This document shows positions 1 through 10,276 of a stretch of 56,359 nt of DNA, piece after piece (within the stretch, counting starts at the first letter, position 1; each line of letters begins with the position of its first letter). This DNA comes from Macrostomum lignano (lineage: Eukaryota), in contig NIVC01004181.1 in assembly GCA_002269645.1 (NCBI GenBank), positions 1 through 56,359 of the forward strand, written 5' to 3'. The translations under genes were made by a program, and so were the position numbers. The notes beneath the pieces are model-generated. The model ran no database searches. It saw nothing but the letters and a program-made list of their open reading frames with translations, and had not been told where the DNA came from.

Positions 1-231
1 GTTTCCTGCTTACAACATTTCAGCTTTCCTTCTATCAAATTTATGACTCAAAGCCTTACGAATAACAGAAGCCCAACGCTTATTGCTATAGAAGACTGGG
101 ATTGACTGCCAAGTATTGAGCTTTCCCGCCTGAATATCTTCTAAACAGGGCCGTCAGCCAGATTAGCCATTGCACTCACTGCAAGCAGCTTGTTGCAGCC
201 AGCTTCTAGCAGCAGTCACAGGGACCCTCAT

Positions 232-806
232 TGCTGGCGCCCCCTCTGTAGCTGGCCCCCCTCTGTAGCTGGCGCCTCTCTCTGTAGCTGGCACCCTTTC
301 TGTAGCTGCGCTCTCTTAGCTGGCGCCTCTCTCTGTAGCTGCACCCTTTCTGTAGCTGGCGCCCCTCTCTGTAGCTGGCCCTCTCTCTGTAGCTGCACCC
401 TTTCTGTAGCTGGCGCCCCTCTCTGTAGCTGGCGCCCCTCTCTGTAGCTGGCGCCTCTCTCTGTAGCTGGCACCCTTTCTGTAGCTGGCGCCCCTCTCTG
501 TAGCTGGCGCCCCTCTCTGTAATTGGCGCCCCTTCTGTAGCTGGCGCCCCTCTCTGTAGCTGGTGCCCCTGCTGTAGCTGGTGCCCCTCTCTTGTAGCTG
601 GCGCCCTTTCTGTAGCTGGCGCCCCTTCTGTAGCTAGCGCCCTTTCTGTAGCTGGCGCCCCTCCTGTAGCTGGCGCCCTTTCTGTAGCTGGCGCCCCTCC
701 TGTAGCTGGCGCCTATCCTGTAGCTGGCGCCTCTCCTGTAGCTGGCGCCCCTCCTGTAGCTGGCGCCCCTTCTGTAGTTGGCGCCCCTCTCTGTAGGTGG
801 CGTCCC
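232..806. repeat. ~21-bp minisatellite (CTGTAGCTGGCGCCCCTCT and variants)
   Basis: Tandem degenerate units read directly. Its reverse complement shares the GGGGCGCCAG core with the internal repeat of the MITE at 6693-7264. ORFs 190..447 and 228..473 are repeat artefacts. Confidence 0.9.
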
Positions 807-1001
807 TTCAGAAGATATTTAGCTCAAATGGCTAGAAAATCCCTTGTGGTGAAAATTTGCGGCTGGCCAAGAGCTACAAATACTGAGAAGAATTTCCGAC
901 ATAGGCCAGAATATTATCGTATGTTGTCCACTATTAGTAGGAAAAATATATATAAAAATTTATTTTATTTAATTTATTAAAATTTGAATACCTTTCGGCA
1001 G

Positions 1002-4000
1002 GCCGCCCCCGTCATATCAGGCGTGGCGCACAAAGGCCCGCTAGGCGGCCCGGCCACCCTGGCCGATTTAAACTCGGACAGCCGGCCGGAGCTGATCCTG
1101 CCGCTGCTCAACGGCTCCGTGATGGCCGCTGATGTTACGCATCTTTTCGGTAGCCAAAGGCGCGTGCGGCCAACCGTTTGGCGCGCAGATTTGCCCGGTA
1201 GCGTCAAAGGCGCGGAGGTTCGGTGGGCCCTGGCGCCGGGGTTCTTCAGCCAAGACCGGGTGCCAGACTTTTTTGTGCAATACTGCGTGGGGCCCGGATA
1301 TCCGGTCTACAGGAGTCAGAGAGTGAGTGCGGGGTGGCTGTTGGTCACTGTGTTAATCCTGAATGTCACTCTGTTGATTCTAAATGTAGTACACTAAGTT
1401 TGAATCCTGGTGTCGCTCTGTTGATCCTGATGCCACTCTGTTGATCCTGACGTCACTCTGTTGATCCTGACGTCACTCTGTTGATCCTGACGTCACTCTG
1501 TCGATCCTGATGTCACTCTGTTGATCCCAATGTCACTCTGTTCATTTTAATGTCACTCTATTGATCCCAATGTCACTCTGTTCATTTTAATGTCACTCTA
1601 TTGATCCTGATGTCACTCTGTTGATCCTAATGTCACTCTGTTGATCCTGATGTCACTCTGTTGATCCTGATGTCACTCTGTTGATCCTGATGTCACTCTG
1701 TTGATCCTGATGTCACTCTGTCGATCCTAATGTCACTCTGTTGATCCTGATGTCACTCTGTTGATCCTGATGTCACTCTGTTGATCCTGATGTCACTCTG
1801 TTGATCCTGATGTCACTCTGTTGATCCTGATGTCACTCTGTTGATCCTGATGTCACTCTGTTGATCCTGATGTCACTCTGTTGATCCTGATGTCACTCTG
1901 TTGATCCTGATGTCACTCTGTTGATCCTGATGTCACTCTGTTGATCCTGATGTCACTCTGTTGATCCTGATGTCACTCTGTTGATCCTGACGTCACTCTG
2001 TTGATCCTGATGTCACTCTGTTGATCCTGACGTCACTCTGTCGATCCTAATGTCACTCTGTTGATCCTGATGTCACTCTGTTGATCCTGATGTCACTCTG
2101 TTGATCCTGATGTCACTCTGTTGATCCTGATGTCACTCTGTTGATCCTGACGTCACTCTGTTGATCCTGATGTCACTCTGTTGATCCTGATGTCACTCTG
2201 TTGATCCTGATGTCACTCTGTTGATCCTGATGTCACTCTGTTGATCCTGATGTCACTCTGTTGATCCTGATGTCACCCTGTTGATCCTGATGTCACTCTA
2301 TCGATCATTCTATCATCCTACTAACAATTTTTTTAACTCATTTCAACGCCGACTCTCTCAGTTCGTCGTCCTCGACGGTTCCACCGGCCGGGTGATCAAA
2401 GAGTTGCCGCCTGCCGAGGCCGCGGTTGGCATCGCTGGATCGCTCGGCTCCCCGCTGACCGTGTCATTCGAGGGAGTCGGTCAGGACCTGTTCCTGCACT
2501 GGCGGCTTGACTGTCGCAGGCGGAGGGCGTCGGGTGAGACTTGGCCGACTGTTTGATTGGCACTCTGTTTACGCTAAATGTTATTCTGGTTAATCTGAAA
2601 TGCTACTTTTGATCTTACATGTCAGTAACTCTACTTATTATGTTACCCTGTTATGTATAATGTCACTCAGTTGATTATAGTGTCACTCTGTTGATTGTAG
2701 TGTCACTCTGTTGATTGTAGTGTCACTCTGTTGATAACAACGTCATTTTGTTGATTATAGTGTCACTCTGTTGATTATAGTGTCACTCTGTTGATTGTAG
2801 TGTCACTCTGTTGATAATAACGTCACTCTGTTGATAATAACGTCACTCTGTTGATTATAGTGTCACTCTGTTGATTATAGTATCACTCTGTTGATTATAG
2901 TGTCACTCTGTTGATTATAGTATCACTCTGTTGATTATAGTGTCACTCTGTTGATTATAGTATCACTCTGTTGATTATAGCGTCACTCTGTTGGTTATAG
3001 CGTCACTCTGTTGATTATAGTGTCACTCTGTTGATTATAGTGTCACTCTGTTGATTATAGCGTCACTCTGTTGATTATAGCGTCACTCTGTTGATTATAG
3101 TGTCACTTTGTTGATTATAGCGTCACTCTGTTGGTTATAGCGTCACTCTGTTGATTATAGGGTCACTCTGTTGATTATAGTGTCACTCTCTCCCCACTTT
3201 TCTTAGGCGCCGCAAAATGGCTGCCCTGTTGGCGAAGATTCAACGCGAACTCGGCCGCTCAGCTGTTGCTGGTTGGCCAGCACATCCCGGCGTCTGGCGT
3301 CACCGTCTACGATGAACGTGAGTTTATCGCTGTGTCTGTTGGTTCCGGTCGCTGTGTCTGCGGCTTCCGGTGACTGTGCCTGTGAGTTCCAAGTCACTGT
3401 TTCTGTGGGTCCCGGTGACTGTGCCTGTGGCTTCCGGTCACTGTGTCTGTGCGTTCCGGTGACTGTGTCTGTGGGTTCCGGTGACTGTGTCTGTGGGTTC
3501 CGGTCACTGTGCCTGTGGGTTCCGGTCACTGGCTGTGGGTTCCGGTCACTGTGCCTGTGGGTTCCGGTCACTGTCTGTGGGTTCCGGTCACTGTGCCTGT
3601 GGGTTCCGGTCACTGTGCCTGTGGGTTCCAGTTTTGGGCGGGATTACACAGTGTTTCTGGTCAATGCATCTTTTAGATTCAGTTAATTTAAGTTTGTGTA
3701 ATTTCATGTTAGCTATGTCAGTGAGAAAACTGCCACTGCATTCCCCCTTCGTTAGGCGCTGAAAATGACAGCTCATCAGACCGGCCCTTAGCAACCACAG
3801 GCACTTTGGCGCCGCCAGTCAATCGAAATTCCCACGGCAACAACGGCAGTAGCAGCATCGATGCGGTGTTCGCCGTTGCCTCCACTGCGGATGACCCAGC
3901 CAGTCAGGAGCAAACTTGCCTGGACAGTTACCTGAGCCGCTCGGCTGATAGGTTTAATAGAGCCAGTAAGTGGCACTGTTTCGAGGAAATCTTGATAGAT

Positions 4001-5890
4001 AATTGGGTGGAAATTTCCTAAGCCAAGCCCGGTCATCTCTCTATCTCGCAGGCAAGAGCTACGGCATGAGTGCGCGGCGCTACAGAGCTATGGCTATGCG
4101 ACGCTGTTATCAAAAGTTCAATAAAATTTATTCCACTCACAATATAAATAGCGACCGGTTTGCTAGCAAGTTTAAACAGCTGGTTGTCTATCGGTGAGTG
4201 AAGTGATGGTGTTTATCTGTGAGTGAAGTGATGGTGTTTATCTGTGAGTGAAGTGATGGTGTTTATCTGTGAGTGAAGTGATGGTGTTTATCTGTGAGTG
4301 AAGTGATGGTGTTTATCTGTGAGTGAAGTGATGGTGTTTATCTGTGACTGAAGTGATGGTGTTTATCTGTGAGTGAAGTGATGGTGTTTATCTGTGAGTG
4401 AAGTGATAAGTGTTTATCTGTGAGTGAAGTGATGGTGTTTATCTGTGAGTGAAGTGATGGTGTTTATCTGTGAGTGAAGTGATGGTGTTAATTTATTTGT
4501 GAGTGACGTGATGGTGTTTATCTGTGAGTGACGTGATGGTGTTTATCTGTGAGTGAAGTGATGGTGTTTATCTGTGAGTGAAGTGGTGTTTATCTGTGAG
4601 TGAAGTGATGGTGTTTATCTGTGAGTGAAGTGATAAGTGTTTATCTGTGAGTGAAGTGATGGTGTTTATCTGTGAGTGAAGTGATGTTGTTAATTTATTT
4701 GTGAGTGACGTGATGGTGTTTATCTGTGAGTGACGTGATGGTGTTTATCTGGGAGTGAAGTGATGGTGTTTATCTGTGAGTGAGGTGATGGTGTTTATCT
4801 GTGAGTGAGTGAGTGAAGTGATGGTGTTTATCTGTGAGTGAAGTGATGGTGTTTATCTGTGAGTGAAGTGATGGTGTTTATCTGTGAGTGAAGTGATGGT
4901 GTTTATCTGTGAGTGAAGTGATGGTGTTTATCTGTGAGTGAAGTGATGATGTTTATCTGGGAGTGAGTGAGTGAATTGATAGTGTTTATCAGTGAGTGAC
5001 GTGTTGGTGTTTATCTGTGAGTGACGTGATGGTGTTTATCTGTGAGTGACGTGATGGTGTTTATCTGTGAGTGACGTGATGGTGTTTATCTGTGAGTGAC
5101 GTGATGGTGTTTATCTGTGAGTGAAGTGATAACTGTTTATCTGTGAGTGAATTGATGGTGTTTATCTGTGAGTGAAGTGATGGTGTTTATCTGTGAGTGA
5201 AGTGATGGTGTTTATCTATGAGTGAGGTGATGGTGTTTATCTGTGAGTGAGTGAGTGAATTGATAGTGTTTATCAGTGAGTGACGTGTTGGTGTTTATCT
5301 GGGAGTGAAGTGATGGTGTTTATCTGTGAGTGAGGTGATGGTGTTTATCTGTGAGTGAGTGAGTGAAGTGATGGTGTTTATCTGTGAGTGAAGTGATGGT
5401 GTTTATCTGTGAGTGAAGTGATGGTGTTTATCTGTGAGTGAAGTGATGGTGTTTATCTGTGAGTGAAGTGATGGTGTTTATCTGTGAGTGAAGTGATGGT
5501 GTTTATCTGTGAGTGAAGTGATGGTGTTTATCTGTGAGTGAAGTGATGGTGTTTATCTGTGAGTGAAGTGATGATGTTTATCTGGGAGTGAGTGAGTGAA
5601 TTAATAGTGTTTATCTGTGAGTGACGTGTTGGTGTTTATCTGGGAGTGAAGTGATGGTGTTTATCTGGGAGTGAGTGAGTGAAGTGATGGTGTTTATCTG
5701 TGAGTGAAGTGCTGGTATTTACCAACCGCTTCTACCTACATGCACTCGCAGGCGACGTATCACCTGTCACTGCAATCGGAGGGCCAGAGCGAGCAACCGG
5801 AAGTGTCTCCGGATTCTCCCCTACTCAGAGCAGCGCTGGACAGCCTACATGGGCAACCGGGCCGATGGCTACCTGAGAAATGCGCCCTGA
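1002..5890 (+). CDS. FG-GAP/beta-propeller protein, FAM234 (ITFG3)-like; 3' part (6 exons, 364 aa); 5' exons lie upstream of the window
   Basis: Exons 1002-1322, 2362-2533, 3207-3317, 3756-3965, 4052-4193, 5752-5890. All introns are GT-AG and phase-compatible (0,1,1,1,2); total 1095 nt ending in TGA at 5888-5890. Motifs: ADLNSDSRPELIL (FG-GAP-like), APGFFSQDRVPDFFVQYCVGPGYPVY, VVLDGSTG, SPLTVSFEGVGQDLFLHW, C-terminal LPYSEQRWTAYMGNRADGY. Family assignment is from recalled similarity. Confidence 0.8.
1365..2300. repeat. 20-bp intronic minisatellite TGTCACTCTGTTGATCCTGA (~45 copies)
   Basis: Near-perfect tandem units filling the intron 1323-2361. Confidence 0.95.
2660..3190. repeat. 20-bp intronic minisatellite TGTCACTCTGTTGATTATAG (~26 copies)
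   Basis: Same first 15 nt as the array in the previous intron, different last 5 nt. Confidence 0.95.
3330..3630. repeat. ~22-bp intronic minisatellite GTCACTGTGCCTGTGGGTTCCG
   Basis: Tandem units in intron 3318-3755; explains the repetitive ORFs 3203..3613, 3273..3686 and 3481..3762. Confidence 0.9.
4194..5711. repeat. 25-bp intronic minisatellite GTGAGTGAAGTGATGGTGTTTATCT (~60 copies) starting at the splice donor
   Basis: The first unit begins exactly at the GT donor (4194). Confidence 0.95.
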
Positions 5891-6448
5891 TAAAAATCGA
5901 ATGTTGCTATTGATGAATAATTATGAGGAAAGTGGGCAGTATTTAACCAAATAATTGCGCTTTGTGAAACATTTGACCATTCGATCTAACTGTACTGCGG
6001 TGTACTTTTTACCCGTGTGATCAAGTCATATCTGTCATCAGTGGGATATACATACTATCTGATAATTTTACGGAGTCTAACCTCATTCTATATACTCATT
6101 CATTCATTCCATATCATATGCTTTAATTATATCTAACATGGTGTCCTTCGGCCGACTACATGAAGGAAAGTACATGTGACAATTTTCAAGCGTTTCTTGC
6201 CCCTCTTGGGGCCATAGACAAAACAGATATACCTCGTGCATAAACACCATACTTCCTCTGGTCATTGAAAACTTTACAGTTGGCTTCAGCTCTTATTAAC
6301 AGTCTATTGATTTTTTAGAGAAATAAGAAATACCAGTAATTGCTAATTCACATAATTCAACAGACTCGCAGTGTTCACGCAGTGTTCATTCTACAGTTCA
6401 AAACAAATAATTGATTACACTTGCCCTGATAGGCAGATGTGCAACTGA

Positions 6449-6692
6449 CAGCTCAGCCGCAGCTATTGCGCGGCGCATCTGAAGGCTGCGTAAGGATGCT
6501 CAGTACAAGGACTGGGGGGTCGCCACACACATCCTGAATTAGCCCAGCTGGCACCCATTTTACAACTGGGTGAACTGAAGCAATGCAGAGTGAGTATCTT
6601 GCTCAAGGACACAAATTGTTCCGAATGGTTCGAGAATCGAACCCCCGACCTTCGCTCCGACGAGTCCGACGCTCCAACCACTAGGCTACAAC
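6449..6692 (-). mobile_element. tRNA-derived SINE with CORE-like central domain (copy 1)
   Basis: Minus strand has A box TAGCCTAGTGG and B box GGTTCGATTC, then TGTGTCCTTGAGCAAG...CTTCAGTTCACCCAGTTGTAAAATGGG (CORE-like). A second copy lies at 19272-19527. Confidence 0.85.
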
Positions 6693-7264
6693 CAGGGGCG
6701 TAGCCAGGAATTTTGATTGGGGGGGCCGTGAGTTAGGGGGCGCCAGCTTCTTATAGGGGGCGCCAGTTTCTTTTAGGGGGGGCGCCAGTTTCTTATAGGG
6801 GGGGGCGCCAGTTTCTTTTAGGGGGGCGCCAGTTTCTTTTAGGGGGGCGCCAGTTTCTTTTAGGAGGGGCCGGGGCACCAGTTTCTTTTAGGGGGGGGGG
6901 CGCCAGTTTCTTTTAGGGGGGGGGGGCGCCAGTTTCTTATAGGGGGGGGGGCGCCAGTTTCTTTTAGGAGGGGCCGGGGGCACCAGTTTCTTTTAGGGGG
7001 GGGGCGCCAGTTTCTTTTAGGGGGGCGCCAGTTTCTTATAGGGTGGGGGCGCCAGTTTCTTTTAGGGGCCGGGGGCACCAGTTTCTTTTAGGGGCCGGGG
7101 GCACCAGTTTCTTTTAGGGGGGGGGCGCCAGTTTCTTATAGGGGGGGGGGGCGCCAGTTTCTTATAGGGGGGGGCGCCAGTTTCTTTTAGGGGGGGGCGC
7201 CAAGGCCAGAGTTGGTGCTTGGGGGGGGCCACGGCCCCCCTTGCCCCCCTCTGGCTACGCCCTG
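6693..7264. mobile_element. hAT-like MITE with G-rich internal minisatellite
   Basis: TIRs CAGGGGCGTAGCCAG / CTGGCTACGCCCTG; 8-bp TSD GCTACAAC at 6685-6692 and 7265-7272; internal GGGGGGCGCCAGTTTCTTTTA repeats. Confidence 0.85.
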
Positions 7265-8203
7265 GCTACAACCTAGTTTTAAAGCTGTCTATGGCCTTAC
7301 CCTATGGTTAAAAGAATATGACGGGGGAAGGAATTGGACACTCATTTCGGCCATAGACAGCGCTGCAATTGGTTGTCCTCTTGCTCAGCTTACCAAGCAA
7401 GTGCAGTTGCTCAAAACTTATGAAACCGAAATTATTGTCACTTGTCACTTGTATTTGGTTTATACTCGTAAGAAAACGGGCCATTGGACATGCAGAGTTT
7501 AATATACATTTACATTTATTTAATATACATTCGGTACATTTACGACACCGAATTTAGCCTTCTTAGCTTCATCTTTCTGCACGAGCCTCATTCGTGAAGC
7601 TAAGTTGGGAATTCCTGCCTGCCGCCGCGGTGGCGGACTACGGATCGTGAGGAGCACATACTGTATTAGACATGTAAAACTTCTCTGTTAAAGAACACCA
7701 GCATCAAACCAAACTTTTATTTAAGATAAACAGAAGTGACGGGGATGCGATGCAGGCCATTGCCTCCCTCCTAAATCCGCCCCTGCCAACACCAAAAGGA
7801 AAATCCAAAAAGGACGTCAACTAAATTGGCGAATAAGCACGCGTTTTATACAGTTTCTAGGAAACCTACGATAAAACAAAATTTCAAAGTAGATGTCAGG
7901 CGTTAGGAAATATCACTAACAAATATGAGTAATTACTCTAATGAGAAAGATAGGAGATTGTAGCGTACTTTAATAACTTTCCCGAAATTTCTTCAGATTT
8001 CTAAAAGTCAAAAACTATTTCCAGAAACTTCTTTGAGTTAGCAGCTAATCTATAACATACGCATATAAATAGTAAATAATTAATTATTACTTAACTATCG
8101 ATGTTCTAATTGTATTTACGTAATGTATATAATTAAAGAGTTATTTCGCTTTGTTAAAATTAGCTAAATCTTTCTAGAAATTTCCGGAAGGCAATAACAA
8201 AGC

Positions 8204-8283
8204 TATAAATACACGGCGGCAGCAGTGAAACAAATCACTCTCTCACTCTCCCCTTGTTTTCTCTTTGATCTAAAGTTACGTTG
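8204..8283 (+). promoter_or_regulatory. Candidate TATA promoter and short non-coding first exon
   Basis: TATAAATA at 8204-8211, Inr-like TCACTC at 8235-8240 (~33 nt downstream), donor TTG|GTAAAT at 8284. No ATG in the exon. Confidence 0.35.
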
Positions 8284-8382
8284 GTAAATAACTAAATGAA
8301 CCACCGCCTTGCTCTCATTCAATAATCAATTAAAGAAAATTCTACAAGATGATAGATATATTGTCTGTATTCAGACTAGAGT

Positions 8383-9078
8383 CAAGGACGACTTAAGTAG
8401 AAGGACGGGAAACCTCGTTTCTTAGAAAATTTTTGAAGGCACTTTTTCCCGAAAAAATACACTACGGAGATAGGAAATTTTCATTTTTTCAGCACAAAAA
8501 TTGCTATTACTTTTGATAGGAGGCAGATACAGTGTTTATCTTTTGATATGTTGTGCCTTTTTATAGCTCTATCGATATTTATAAAGCTTTTTGTTCAGAA
8601 AATTAGCTTTCTATGTTAATTTTTTATTCTACGGATATTTCCTGTACCTGAAAATCACAAAAATGCATGACACAGCTCCAATATTTGGTTTTATGAATCT
8701 ATTTTATCATCTCTGTTACGAATATGTGCTACACAGTCAGTTAAGAATGACAAAATAGACTCATAAAACCAAAGAGCTGAGCCGTGGCATTTTAATGTAT
8801 TTCAAGCACAAGACGCGTGAAGATATACGTAGAATAAAAAATTAACATAGAAAGCTAATTTTCTGAACGAAAAGATTTATAAATATCGATAGAGCAATAA
8901 AAAAGGCACAACATATCAAAAGATAAACACTGAATCTGCTTCCTATCAAAAGTAATAGCAATTTTTGTGCTGAAAAAATGAAAACTTCCTATCTCCGTAG
9001 TGTATTTTTTCGGGAAAAGTGCCTTCAAAAATTTTCTAAGAAACGAGGTTTCCCGTCCTTCTACTTAAGTCGTCCTTG
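8383..9078. mobile_element. Non-autonomous DNA transposon with ~250-bp TIRs (foldback MITE)
   Basis: 8383-~8632 is a near-identical inverted copy of ~8828-9078. Flanking direct repeat ACTAGAGT at 8375-8382 and 9079-9086 (9 bp, GACTAGAGT, if one terminal base is counted). Confidence 0.9.
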
Positions 9079-9295
9079 ACTAGAGTATTATTAAAATCTT
9101 AGCTTTCTGTGCCGCAGTTTCAATTAAAAAGTATTTTAGTAGACATCATAAATTCCTTTTTCCTCCTTATTTGGCTTGGCATTTGCACCATTATCACGTA
9201 AATAAACAATAAAGTCTTATTACAATTTTGCTTTGCTTTCTCATCTTACAATTAAACCCAGGGGATGCTAACCCTACGCCTATAAAAAAATTATC

Positions 9296-9345
9296 TGCCC
9301 AGGCGAGGATCGAACTCACAACCTCCGCATTATAAGTACAGCGCG
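9296..9345 (-). pseudogene. 5'-truncated tRNA-Ile(UAU)
   Basis: Minus strand CGCG-CTGTA-CTTATAA-TGCGG-AGGTT-GTGAG-TTCGATC-CTCGC-CTGGGCA followed by a T7 run. Anticodon arm and T arm are intact; the 5' acceptor strand and A box are absent. Confidence 0.75.
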
Positions 9346-10119
9346 AGGGACTAGAATAGATCACAGATATAAAATGAACTTCTACTATATCAGTATTAAT
9401 ATTACTAGAACTGAAACCTTTAATAAAATTTAAAACAAGTCTATTACATTAGTTAGGGAATCCAGTGAGATTTTAAAAGTTTTTTTGTATTTTATTTCAT
9501 TTGATAAATCTCACTTGCCTGAGTAAAAATACACTTTACCACTGTTACTGTTACAGGTGTAATTGTGCCTAGTTACTAATGCCACCAAGTTGTACTAGGG
9601 CAAAACTTCTCTCTATTAAGACTCCACTAAATTGTACAAAGTTTATTATTTCTAACCCTAGGACTAGGAATCCTATTAATTATACCTATATATAGGCCTA
9701 CGTATATGGGCTACTGTCAGTACAAGTGGTTTCAGTCCATTTCGGCGAAAGCCCACTTCGGCGAAGGCCACTTCGGCGAAAGACAATTTCGGAGAATCCA
9801 CTTCGGCGAATGCAATGACCACTTTGGCGAACGATATAATATAGTATATTTAACTTTATATAATTAAATTTTAATAGTATTTAATGACTACAACTAAAAA
9901 TTAAGTGCTCAAAATTACTACAACTGCAAATTTTGTTTTACTTTCTCATCCCAGAATACTTAGTGAGTCAGCTCATATGTTCAAATTTATATTCCCTAAT
10001 TCATATTGAATTTCAATTGTATTCCATAATCTTATATTTAGCTCATCCGTAAGATACTATAGGCAATGGCTAGAGTTCATGTCAAGATAGTAGGTATATA
10101 TAACGTAAGAAAAAACAAA

Positions 10120-10234
10120 CCATTGATCATCCTCATGGCCCATGATGAAAGCGTGGATGGTGTACAGCTGAACGAAGGGCTTATTTACCACGTGGAAAGT
10201 CTGTCTGTCTGTCTGTCTGTCTGTCTGCGTACAA

Positions 10235-10276
<42 letters not shown>

